A stretch of 41,227 nt of DNA from a virus (taxonomy: Duplodnaviria > Caudoviricetes), in the IMG/VR virus record IMGVR_UViG_3300032260_000009, positions 1 to 41,227 of that record, one strand, 5' to 3'. The translations under genes and the position numbers were made by a program. Of the stretch, positions 1-10,289 are shown piece after piece; position 1 is the stretch's first letter, and each line of letters starts with the position of its first letter. Under the pieces are notes generated by a model. It had not been told where the DNA came from. It did no database searches and worked only from the letters and a program-made list of their open reading frames with translations.

Positions 1-127
1 TATTTTCTTCTTGTATAACCTTTTTTGCTCAAACAAACAAAGCTATCAACATATCACAATCTTCTTGTGTAGCAACTTCCACAAAATTAGGTCATCATAA
101 TTTTGATAAAATAAATTTCATAGTCGC
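1..127. repeat. Exact 127-bp terminal direct repeat (assembly circularisation overlap), copy 1
   Basis: Identical to 41101-41227. A minus-strand ORF reads through the junction. Confidence 0.95.
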
Positions 128-163
128 TTCTTGTATTTTATTTTCCATCTCTTTCTTTTCCAT
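1..163 (-). CDS. Hypothetical protein spanning the circular junction (stop TAA at 41096-41098)
   Basis: MEKKEMENKIQEATMKFILSKLGGPNFVEVATQEDCDMLIALFVGAKKVIQEENN* in code 25; start choice uncertain. Confidence 0.6.
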
Positions 164-524
164 GAGTATAGTCATTTTTCAAAAAGTTATTAATAAATTT
201 ATTTAAACTAACATTGTCTACTGAGTTTTCACGAATTGCTATTGCTAGTTGAGTTGTTATTTCGTCTCAAGCTCATTCTAGCCATCATTTTATAAAAAAA
301 TCAGACATTCATTTATTTGTTTCATTACTTAATCCTCTAGCTATTGCTTCTATAAATGGTTTAGAAGTGATAATTTCAATTAGATTATCATATCAATATG
401 TACACCTGTCTTTATCTAAGTATTTAATTCTATTGCACTCTATTTTTAAATCGGTATAAGAAGTATTTCTTAAGTTAAATCCATTATCAATAGCAAACTG
501 TATCAAATCTTTTATTGTTTTCAT
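138..524 (-). CDS. Hypothetical protein (128 aa)
   Basis: Open frame ATG..TAA in code 25 with an A-rich leader. Confidence 0.6.
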
Positions 525-526
525 AT

Positions 527-742
527 CTATTTATTAATATTTAAAGCTCTACAAGTATAATGGGCATAAGGTATCATACAAGCTCTACCTATATTACTTT
601 CTGCCTCACATACCATCATCATTAATACAGCTTGTATATCATCCTTAATAATAGCTGTCATATGAGCTGGCTGATCTATAACTTGCTGTAAGATTATTCT
701 ATCTGCTTCTATATATTCAGAAGTTTCTATTTCTAAGTTCAT
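527..742 (-). CDS. Hypothetical protein (71 aa)
   Basis: ORF track; packs tightly against neighbours. Confidence 0.55.
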   Translation of the reverse strand: MNLEIETSEYIEADRIILQQVIDQPAHMTAIIKDDIQAVLMMMVCEAESNIGRACMIPYAHYTCRALNINK

Positions 743-1191
743 ATTATTTTAATTTAAGTAATAAATCTAATAATTCTTTTTGTCTTTCTGTATAATCAGT
801 ATGGTCTATTTGTAAGTTATTCATTTGTTTGTTTATATTATATTAAATAATCTTAAATCTTTAAATTTAGGGTCATATCCATATCAACTTATATCTCTTC
901 TTCTTCAATGATACATATAAACAATACTTCAATCATAATCCTTTCAAACGTTAAAGAATATACAATTATAATCAAGATGTTCTACATATAATCTAAATCA
1001 TAATTTACTCAAAATCTGGAATAGTATTTTTTTCATTTTGTCTTAAGGGTTTATTATGTATAAATTATTTTAAATCAATAAGTTCATTATTGTATTATCT
1101 TTTTCATACTTTCTTTATATTAGTATTACTGCTGTTTAGCAAAATAGGGGTTAATCTTCATGGGAGTTGTAGGAGGCTTAGGGTTTATTCT

Positions 1192-1776
1192 TTAATCCTC
1201 TATTATGAATCAAAGCGCTTGTAAAAAGATAGGTACTTGTTCTTTAGTTAATCTTTGAGTGCCTCATTTACCATAAAATTTACAATCCATTAAATCAGCT
1301 CCTGTAAAATTAGCTTCTCTTAAATCAGCTTCTCTTAAATTAGCTCCTGTTAAATTAGCTCTTGTTAAATCAGCTTCTCTTAAATCAGCTCCTGTAAAAT
1401 TAGCTTCTCTTAAATCAGCTCTTGTTAAATCAGCTTCTCTTAAATTAGCTCTTGTTAAATCAGCTTCTCTTAAATCAGCTTCTGTTAAATCAGCTTCTCT
1501 TAAATTAGCTCCTGTTAAATTAGCTCCTGTTAAATCAGCTTCTCTTAAATCAGCTCCTGTTAAATCAGCTTCTCTTAAATCAGCTCCTGTTGAAATAGCT
1601 TCTGTTAGTACTTCTTTTATATTATCATATTTAGTAGAAGTAAATAAAACTTTTCAAAATACAGACTTAATCTGAAACTTTTTCTCTTCTTTTTTTCCTT
1701 TACTGTTTAGTTTAATAATTTCAGTAAGTTCTTCTTGCGATAATTCTATTTCTTTATTTTTTAATGTAAATTTCAT
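1192..1776 (-). CDS. Pentapeptide-repeat protein (194 aa)
   Basis: About 20 tandem A(D/N)(L/F)(RE/TG/TR) units as a 15-bp repeat at ~1290-1590, with non-repeat N- and C-termini. Confidence 0.92.
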
Positions 1777-1798
1777 ATTTTTATAATTAATTATTAAA

Positions 1799-2053
1799 TT
1801 AAATTGCTTGTTCTCTTAACATCATAGGTAAAGGACTTTCTTTGAATCATAGTCGATTCTCTATTAAATGCTTATTAATACACATTCTAGTATATCTCTG
1901 TACTGTTTTTATATCTTTTGTATGTAGTCTATCAGATACCCTATCACTTACTTCTTTGACAAAAGTTAATATTACATCTTCATCAGGTAAAACATTACCA
2001 TATTGTAGATATTCATTTCAGTCCTTAGTAGTAGAAAATGTTATATGCTTCAT
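1799..2053 (-). CDS. Hypothetical protein (84 aa)
   Basis: Open frame in code 25. Confidence 0.55.
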
Positions 2054-2131
2054 ATTATAAGGTTACCATATACAGTTATATTAGTGCAGTATATATAATA
2101 TATTAGTATTAGTTTAATTATTATTTTCATA

Positions 2132-2380
2132 TTATAAAACTTTAGGTTTCTTTTTCTTTATCTTTGGCATTGGGTAGCCAAAGAAAGGAAATAAATATCT
2201 AATGTCCCTTTTTCATAAATCATGTAATCTTACACATTCATCTTGGAAAGATTCATTATTCTGGGCTTTCTTAACCTTGAAATATAGTTCTCTATCTATA
2301 ACTCAGAAATCACGTCTTTGTTGTAAAGTCGCTGTATAATGTCTTATTTTATCTTCTCTGGATACTTCTGGGTAAGTCAT
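2132..2380 (-). CDS. Hypothetical protein (82 aa)
   Basis: Open frame in code 25 directly downstream of the promoter at 2411-2440. Confidence 0.6.
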
Positions 2381-2410
2381 AATATGTAAGTTAAATTATA
2401 TTGTACTGTA

Positions 2411-2440
2411 AGTATAACATATCTATATCGAATTTGTCAA
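2411..2440 (-). promoter_or_regulatory. Sigma70-type promoter
   Basis: TTGACA-18 nt-TATACT with an extended TG. Confidence 0.75.
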
Positions 2441-2466
2441 AAATTAGACTTGTTTATTTAAATTTT

Positions 2467-2619
2467 TTATTCATAGTCTATCTTGTCAAGGAAAACATCT
2501 AGAACTAATCTAACTGCTTGTGTATATGTCTTACATCCGTATAGCTTTTTGATCTTTTCTAGCTGTTCTCTTACTTGGGTTCAATTATTGAAGTTAACCC
2601 TTAATCTATCATCTCTCAT
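2467..2619 (-). CDS. Small putative ribbon-helix-helix DNA-binding protein (50 aa)
   Basis: MRDDRLRVNFNNGTQVREQLEKIKKLYGCKTYTQAVRLVLDVFLDKIDYE: a beta strand followed by two helices separated by G, as in CopG/Arc. Confidence 0.55.
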
Positions 2620-2917
2620 TATTATCTTTATTATTTTTTAAAGCTTTTTTGTATTCATTTTTCCTTATATTTTGACTTAATTTTGTCTTTTCTTTTTTTA
2701 ATTCTTCTTCAAGTTCCTTTATCTCATCTAATAGAAGTATTTCTACTTGTTTCTTCTGTACTTCTATTCTTTTCTTTTTTCTAATAAGATCACGCACTCT
2801 TATATCTTTTTTATCTAATAAGGTATTTAATTTAATATTTTCTAATACTTGTAGTATTAGATATAATCATAATGCTATACAAGTAATACCTAATATTATT
2901 TCTCAAATATATTCCAT
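2606..2917 (-). CDS. Membrane-anchored coiled-coil protein (103 aa)
   Basis: N-terminal hydrophobic helix, then a K/E-rich coil; extends the track ORF 2609-2797 through TGA codons. Confidence 0.6.
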
Positions 2918-2949
2918 AGTAATTTAATTATCAAATAAACTGGGAGGGT

Positions 2950-3360
2950 TTATTTATAGGAGTCATAGAGACTCTGTATCTCTTGGGAGCTTATTTCTAC
3001 TGGTACATTCTTTATTTTGACGAACTGTAATAGCGTATCAATAAAGAACATAGCTTGTTGTTTTGTTAAATCTCTTGTTCTACTTATATTGGGTATTTCC
3101 ATCTCTTGTCTACTTAACTTTAGCTTATGTGTTCAAAAACATCAACTTAATATATAGATTTTTACTTCTTCTAGGCTATATCATAAGTGAGTCGCTATTG
3201 CATTAAGTATTTTGTAGTATGTTTTTTCTTGTTGCCTTGTTTTCATCTCCTTAGTTTCTTTATTAGAGATTAGGACTATTACTTCTTTTCTGTCATCTAA
3301 TTTCTCTAAGTAGTCTGAAACTTGGCTATAAATATCTAGTGGTTTTCATTTAAATTTCAC
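2950..3360 (-). CDS. ninB: NinB/Orf-family recombination protein
   Basis: KTRQQEKTYYKILNAIATHLG...SRTRDLTKQQAMFFID pattern; GTG start. Confidence 0.65.
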
Positions 3361-3649
3361 CTTGTAAATTTTTTATTGATTCTACTAAATCTGATACATT
3401 TTCTAAAATAATACAATCTTGTTTATCTATTGTATCTGTTACCATTTTTTGTAAGGTTTTTATATCAACATTTTCTAGTGATTCCATATCCTCTCCCCAT
3501 AGTTTAGCTTTCCAAATTAATACCCTATGAGTATGTGCGAATAAAACTAATGGATTTTCTATATATATTTCTTTCTTTAAAACAGATACCATTTCTATTG
3601 GATCATCTACTGATGCATAAGCATTTAAATGTTTACGTTGCATAGACAT
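3350..3649 (-). CDS. Hypothetical protein (99 aa)
   Basis: ORF track. Confidence 0.6.
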   Translation of the reverse strand: MSMQRKHLNAYASVDDPIEMVSVLKKEIYIENPLVLFAHTHRVLIWKAKLWGEDMESLENVDIKTLQKMVTDTIDKQDCIILENVSDLVESIKNLQGEI

Positions 3650-3800
3650 AGTATTAATTTGTTTATATTTAGGATATCACATTTCATCACAAGGAACTCT
3701 CATGATAGACTTCATATTTCATTCATCTATCCATATTATTACTGTATCTGAAGTAGGTTTTATTTCTCATATAAACCAATCAAATAATTGATTATACATA

Positions 3801-4007
3801 TTATATAAGGTTAGAATCTATTTTATTTGTAATATTATCAAGTCTTCTCTCTAATTTAGATACTTGTAATTTTGCCTCATCAAGCATTTCTAAAGTATCC
3901 CTTATTTCTTCCTTCAATTGTTCTTCTCTTTCAAGAGTCATTTCTCTCTTTATACTTCTAACAATTCTCTCTGCCCTTGTTAGATTTGTTTTATAATTCT
4001 TTTTCAT
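3801..4007 (-). CDS. Hypothetical coiled-coil protein (68 aa)
   Basis: ORF track. Confidence 0.6.
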   Translation of the reverse strand: MKKNYKTNLTRAERIVRSIKREMTLEREEQLKEEIRDTLEMLDEAKLQVSKLERRLDNITNKIDSNLI

Positions 4008-4012
4008 AGTTT

Positions 4013-4300
4013 TTATTGGTTAATGTTATAAATATCTCTATGGTTATCAAACCCAAACTCTATTTCTCTATCCATCATTTCTTCACTAAACTCATCATAA
4101 GTTTCTCTTGTATAGAAATAATCATGAGCAAATAGCTTTCTTGTAGATGGTCTAAAGTCTAAAAGTATTTTAGCTCTATTAGAATAAACTCTAAAGAATG
4201 TGTTATATTCTTCTAGTCTAGTCATATATCTAACTTTATGATAGTTAGCTACACTTCTATCATTATATTCTAGTTGTTTTAATTGTTCTGGTGTAAGCAT
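4013..4300 (-). CDS. Hypothetical protein (95 aa)
   Basis: Track ORF; start moved to ATG 4300 because ERF occupies 4314 onward. Confidence 0.6.
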   Translation of the reverse strand: MLTPEQLKQLEYNDRSVANYHKVRYMTRLEEYNTFFRVYSNRAKILLDFRPSTRKLFAHDYFYTRETYDEFSEEMMDREIEFGFDNHRDIYNINQ

Positions 4301-4313
4301 GGTTATATAGTTA

Positions 4314-4904
4314 TTAATACCAACATTTACAATATTCATTTCAAGCTTTAGATGTTAAGGCAGTAGCTCAACATTTACTACATTTTCAGTCTACAATAGA
4401 TCATTTAGCTGTAGGAGCTGTTGTTCTCTGTGGTACTGGTAAATCATCAGAATGTGTATTATCTGTATCATCTCCTGTAGGTACTAAGAATAAGTTAATA
4501 AGAGTGTTTTTTAGAGCATATGTAGTTGCTTTTCAAGCTCATTTATCTTGTGTATCTGTACCCTGTCAGTATCAAGCTATTATCTTACTTTCTCAACTAG
4601 TATGAGATAATTCGTATTTAGTTGTAACAGCAGTGAATATAGATTGTTTGGTTTTTGTAACTCATTCTATTTTCGAGTAAGTATCTAATTCTTCCCATCT
4701 ATCTATTTTTATATCTCATTGTACCTCAAGAGGAGTTATAGTTAATCAATTTTTAATCATACCTTGTCTTATAGCTTCTCTGACATCTTTATCAGATACG
4801 GCCTTATAAGCATTTTTACCATTCCCAACTACCGTATTTTTACCTATATTATTAACTTCTTTCATCACCTCTATAATTGCTTTATTTAGGTTTATTATTT
4901 CCAT
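4314..4904 (-). CDS. erf: ERF-family single-strand annealing protein with C-terminal Cys zinc finger
   Basis: GYGQGTDTQDKGAGKATTYALKNTLINLFLVPTGDDTD (several Gly = TGA); C-terminal CSKC...CKC. Confidence 0.9.
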
Positions 4905-4939
4905 ATTCTCTTAGTTTTTTTAAAAAGTAATATAATTCT

Positions 4940-5176
4940 TTATCCGTCATCTCTTACATGTTTAAGTATTATTTTATCTTCATCTTCTCTAAGGATGAAT
5001 CATCAATTAATATAAGCTTCTATCCATTCGCAGAAATCTTTAGTTTCAAGATCGTCTGTATCTACTATAACTCAGTGATACATATCATCCTTAGTTCAGA
5101 ACTCTACAGCTTTGAAGTCATCAGATATATCTTCAAACTCATCTTCTGTTAGAGCGTAATCTAAGTGTATAATCAT
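4940..5176 (-). CDS. Very acidic small protein (78 aa), candidate DNA mimic
   Basis: 24 D/E versus 7 K/R by my count. Confidence 0.65.
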
Positions 5177-5192
5177 AATAATAAATTAAGAA

Positions 5193-5303
5193 TTAAAATT
5201 TCTTATGTTTAATATGCAGTTGTGCATATATATCATTCAGAGTAGATTTTAACTGTTTAGATCTTTTTTTTACCTTTAGATCTAATGGGGTTTGTATTTC
5301 CAT
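5193..5303 (-). CDS. Small basic peptide (36 aa), first gene after a structured leader
   Basis: MEIQTPLDLKVKKRSKQLKSTLNDIYAQLHIKHKKF*. Confidence 0.45.
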   Translation of the reverse strand: MEIQTPLDLKVKKRSKQLKSTLNDIYAQLHIKHKKF

Positions 5304-5427
5304 AATCTTATAGTTATATAATATTACGGGAGGTTATATCTTAGAGGCGTTGGTACGCTTTGTTTAAGATGTTTAGGAGGTGTAAGGTCTGGAGATGTTT
5401 TATTGCTATCTCTAGCTTACGTGAGTA

Positions 5428-5474
5428 AGTATATCAGAAAAACACACAAATTGCAAGTTTTTGTGTGTTTTTCT
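5428..5474 (-). promoter_or_regulatory. Promoter embedded in a perfect 15-bp inverted repeat
   Basis: TTGCAA (5456-5451)-17 nt-TATACT; arms 5436-5450 and 5460-5474. Confidence 0.75.
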
Positions 5475-5829
5475 ATTGACATTGTAGTTTTTTGATTCAT
5501 TTCATGAATTTATCATATTCACTCTCCATTTTGAATTCACGGAATATTTTCTCATTTCTATATATTATATATTGAGATGGTAATTCTATAGTGTAGGGTC
5601 ATCAATCCCATATGATAAATTTATTTCCGTCTAGAGAAAAAGCATTATAATCAAATTCTTCAGGTCATATCTTGATCTGTTTTGATATAGTATCTATGTG
5701 TATTATCATTATATAACTATTATGTTACTATTATATTTTAATCTTTTCCAGTTTTTACTCATCTTATCTCTTATTATTTGAGCCTGTTGTAGGTCTTGTT
5801 TATTTACACTTCAGTATTCTATCATATTT

Positions 5830-6160
5830 TTATTTGGTTAATAAATTAGGGTTTTTATATATATTTCAGATTATTTCAAATTCATCACATATATCTTGTA
5901 TATCAAATATATCCTTAATAATATTCTTATCTCAGTATTTATTCGTATAACTCTTTTCAGTTCTTATCTTTTAAACCTGTGTATTGCATAAGTGTTCAGT
6001 TCTTGTATGGTTGATTACAATGTGCTCATTCTTCATCTCTCCAGCATAATCTATTACTATATTCTTCGAAGTATACAGTTTCGTTAACTCAATCAGTATA
6101 TGGTAATCAATAAATTAGTTCTCATTTTGAATTTATTGCTCTGAATTTTATTTCTCTCAT
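5830..6160 (-). pseudogene. YopX-family gene, frameshifted/internally deleted
   Basis: MREIKFRA...LMQYTGLKDKNGKELYE then TAA at ~5939-5941; C-terminal FEIIGNIYKNPNLL lies in another frame. Confidence 0.8.
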
Positions 6161-6567
6161 ATTTCTCTTAATATTATTTTAACTAAATTAGTGTTACTAT
6201 CTATTTTTTCAGTAGTAATCTTTCGTATATATTCATCTTTAAAACCTTTTAAATTATCTCATAAAAAATCAAACGTAGGTTTTAGAAAATTATCGAGGTC
6301 TTGTTTCTTCTTTTTACCGTTTTTATAATATAATGGTAAAAAGTAATTTAAATGAGCCTCTAGCCATTCATCTCAAGTTATGGTATAATCAATTCATATT
6401 TTCTTATATTCTATATCAGCTAACTGTAACCAGTTCTTATAATCTTGGCTCTTAACTCTTTTTGGTCTATCTAGTGGTCTACCATATCTATCTTTAGTTA
6501 TAGTAGAGAATAACTTATTTAGACTTGGGGGGATAGGTAGAGTTAATATTATACTATTTTCTTTCAT
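6148..6567 (-). CDS. rusA: RusA-like Holliday junction resolvase
   Basis: LPIPPSLN...QDLDNFLKPTFD...FKDE. Confidence 0.85.
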
Positions 6568-6797
6568 ATCTTTTAAGTTCTTCAAATATTTTATTATTTT
6601 CAATAAGGTGTTTAAATAGTCTTATTCGTTTTTCTAAATATTTCTTATCTTTACATTTCTCTAGTTCAGATAATTGTTCCTCTAGAGATACAATTTCATC
6701 TGATTTATTTCTACCATATCATCACCTAACCATTACAAAACCGTTCTTCATTATCTCTATATCAATCTCAGCTGCAAACTTTCATGTCATCATAATT

Positions 6798-7079
6798 TTA
6801 TAAGTTATTAATATAATCTATACACTTTTCACGATATTCTTTTGCTTTATCCGTTTCTTTAGGACTTGGATGATGAATTATTCTATGAGCATCAGCACTT
6901 AATCATACTCATTGATCTGCATTATTCCTATTAGGTCAATAATTAGCCTGATGCGCTCAAAAAAATACATGATGATAATCTGTTATAGGATCTCAAGTAA
7001 TAATACAGCATCAATCACGGTTATATATTTCTTCTTTAGTCTCTGTACTAAATTTAGCTACTTTTCACTTTCTCTTCAT
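6798..7079 (-). CDS. Small HNH-type nuclease (93 aa)
   Basis: IYNRDGCCII...DYHHVFFG...RNN...LSADAHRIIH. Confidence 0.7.
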
Positions 7080-7664
7080 CTTTATTTATTAAATCAAGTA
7101 CAATCTCTACATTTACCTCATAGTTTTTCTATAAATCAAAGTAGTTCAAGTTGTCCACATTTACAAGTATAATGTTTAAAGTTAGAAGATTCTTGATGCT
7201 TTCTCTTTCAATCTATAATAGTTATATAAGGCATTTTAACTTCCGATATATCACTTTCTTTTAGATTAAATTTATAAAATTTTCATTTTTGCCAGTTATT
7301 CAAAGTCTCCATAGTAATTTAGTTATTTATATAATTTATTTATTGATAAGGTCTTCAAGCTGGTCAATATATAACTCATCATAATCTAAGAGCTATTAAG
7401 TTATTCTCAGTGAATCATAGTTTCTTATATTTCTCTTCATCTATTTTAAACATCTTTGGAACTATTTTTTTATGAGTCCAATCTTTTATCTGTTCCTTTA
7501 GCTTTTTTCTCTTCCTATTCTCATAGTCTTTTTCAAATCATTTCATTACTTCCATAATCTTTTATTTTTTATATAATTAAGCAGTTTTATATCTTACTTA
7601 GGATTATGGTGCTTAGAACTACCTTTAGGGTAGAAGTGGTCTATAGTTTTAGCGAAGCGAAAGC

Positions 7665-7693
7665 ATTATATCATATATTGATTTTATTTGCAA
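7665..7693 (-). promoter_or_regulatory. Sigma70-type promoter
   Basis: TTGCAA-17 nt-TATAAT with an extended TG. Confidence 0.75.
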
Positions 7694-7968
7694 ATATTGG
7701 GCTTGATAATTATAAATAATGTCTAATATTCAATATTATCCCTTGTTCTCAACATAAATCACAAGTTGTTTTTTGTGCTGTATGATTTCATTCTATATTT
7801 CTCTTTGTGAAACTAGATATGTGTAATCAACAATCAAAACAAACTTTATTAACTCTCTTAACTTCATCTATATATTGTATAGCTGTATATTCTCAAGGAA
7901 ACTCTTTTATAGATATTATTTTTTTATGTATTGTATCTTTCATAGTTTTATTTGGTTATATGGTTATA

Positions 7969-8042
7969 TGGCAGGTCAGCTAGGAATCGAACCCAGTCTT
8001 AGAGGGTTGGAACCTCTCGTGCTACCAGTATACTACTGACCC
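7969..8042 (-). tRNA. trnW: tRNA-Trp (anticodon CCA)
   Basis: Cloverleaf: acceptor GGGTCAG/CTGACCT, anticodon arm AGAGG-TTCCAAC-CCTCT, T-loop TTCGATT, discriminator G, encoded CCA. Confidence 0.92.
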
Positions 8043-9179
8043 TTATTTAATAAATCTTTTAAAAAAACTATTTCATTTAGTGTATTACACTTATCAATAT
8101 GTTTTGCCATTAATTCTAATTCTTTATTGCTAAAATTATAAGAGTAGTTCTTAGATTCTAACTGTTCTATTCTCTTTTCTATTTTTTCTTTATAGTCCAT
8201 AATTTATTATTATTAATCTAAATTACTTTCTTCTATCAAGGCTTCAACTAACTCTTCATAATCCTCAACTAATTCTTTTATTATTTCTATTAGTTCTTCT
8301 TTAGTATATTCAGTTAGTTGTTTACCTTTATATGTTTCCATTATTTAGTTATTAAGTCGCTTAAATACTTTTCTATACTAGAAACGGATATAACTTCTGA
8401 GTTTATTATATCATTGAATACTCATTCAAGAGCATCTTTATATCATTCATAATATGCTCTAGTTTCTTGATCTTCTATTTCGAAGTCTTTTTTTATTTCT
8501 TTTAATGTTTTCATAATTTATTATATTTAGTATAGTTATATAATAGGGTTATTTAGTATAATCACTTTTAAATAAGTGTTCTTTTCTTATATAATCATTA
8601 ACTAAATTATAATAATCCATCACATTAATAGGTATAATTCAATCTATATTTGCAAATTCTCTCTCCATAATAGTATATAGGTGGTCTTGTATAATTTCAG
8701 CTGTTTCTTCTTTAGCTCTATTTATTTTTGCTAGTGTGTTCATCTTCTCTTGTTAGTTAATTAAATAGTTCTTAGGTATGTTATTTATTTCCTATATTGT
8801 ATTAGTGTATAAAATAATTTAAGTCATAATTATCAAAGTTATTTACTATATTTCTATATCTAATAATTAATTTATCTTCTTTATTTCATTTAGGTTCTTC
8901 ATACTCTTTATAAATTTTTATTTGGAAGTTTAAAAACTCTTCGCAACTATTTTTTATCTCTTGTAATTGTTCTTCAGAATATCAATCAAATACAGTTGTT
9001 TTATCTACAAACATATTAGTTCATCAAGCTCTTCTACATTCTAATTTATTATTATCATTTAACCATATAGGAACTGCGAAATAATATGGTCTATCTTTAT
9101 TTCAAGGATATTCACAACTCTTATATTCTACTAGCCGGTTTTTTCATCCATAAGATACTATCATTTTTTTATTAGTTAA

Positions 9180-9746
9180 TTATAAAGGCTGTCAAGTTCT
9201 CACATAGTGTATTAGACTTCTTACATTCCAGTCAGTCACTTCTTTATTATGTTTAGTTTCATAAGCTTTTATTTCTAGTTTAACATTATCTATTTCTTCT
9301 GCTGTAAGTTCTAATTCTTTGAATATATCATTTATAAATTTTCTACTCTGATCTTTTACTATTTCCCATGTATCTAAGTATCTTCTACCATTTAGATAAG
9401 GTCAAGCTTGCAGAGGGTTTCTAGTTTTATTTACTTCTAAGAATAGTTTATATTCTTTCAGATTCTCCATTATATCCTTGTGAGGTGTTTCTTCTATTAC
9501 CTCATGATATTTCTTTATTAATCTCTTATCATAAGATCAGTTGTTATTGACTTTACGATATGCTGTTATATATTCTAACCATTCTTTACTTTCTTTACTT
9601 TCTTTATCTATCTTTACTTCTCTTGTAGCCCTTATATGCTTTTTGAAGTACATAATCTCATTATATATACTTGTTAATTCCCGTCATTCCTTTCATAGTT
9701 TAGGTAATGCAGAATTGTTTAGCTTTATTAGTTTATATTCATACAT
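9180..9746 (-). CDS. Putative replication protein: replisome-organiser C-terminal-like domain with a DUF4177-like N-terminus
   Basis: N-terminal MYEYKLIKL...LGKEG(CGG)EL; central PLQAGPYLNGRRYLD resembles the ATWLNGERWED motif. Confidence 0.5.
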
Positions 9747-10086
9747 AGTTATTTCATTATTTTAGGTGATCTTTTTACATCATCATATAATTGTCCAAAA
9801 ACTCTAGCTATTGATTTTGATACATAAGCCTTTTTAGGATTAGGTCAAACTCTTTGAATTAATATATATGCCTCATAAGACTCTTCTAATCATGCTTCTC
9901 ATAGACCTATATCATAAAATACTCATTGGCTAGCTATATATTCTAATTTCTTTTGTAGTGATACTCTTTCTTGTAATGTCATATTTTATTGCTATAAGTT
10001 AAGATAGTTATCTTATAAGAATATTTTATATAATTGCAAATAAAAAAACTAAACTTAATTAGCTTAGTTAATAATATAAAGGTTGT

Positions 10087-10257
10087 CTAACAGTATTCTT
10101 TTCAGCATTTATCACATTTATATACATTAATAGTAGTGTAGCTAACTCATACAAATTCTTCTCTATCAAGTCTTATTCTTCAATCACAGTTGTCTTTTTG
10201 ACATTGTCATAATCAGTTAAATAACTTTTTAAATATATTCTTTATTAATCCTTTCAT
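10087..10257 (-). CDS. Small zinc-ribbon protein (56 aa)
   Basis: CQKDNC...YKCDKCG. Confidence 0.6.
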
Positions 10258-10289
10258 ATCTATATAAGGTTAATTGATAAGTAATTAAA
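10251..10289. repeat. 39-bp exact repeat covering a translation-initiation region (other copy 13566-13604)
   Basis: ctttcatatctatataaggttaattgataagtaattaaa. Confidence 0.9.

Noticed and set aside
1-127. Biological direct terminal repeat
   Set aside because: 127 bp is a typical assembler k-mer overlap and it lies inside an ORF that reads across the junction
1290-1590. CRISPR-like array
   Set aside because: 15-bp in-frame coding repeat with no unique spacers
7969-8042. tRNA-Gly(TCC) or opal suppressor tRNA(TCA)
   Set aside because: The 5-bp stem/7-nt loop register gives CCA, and discriminator G fits Trp
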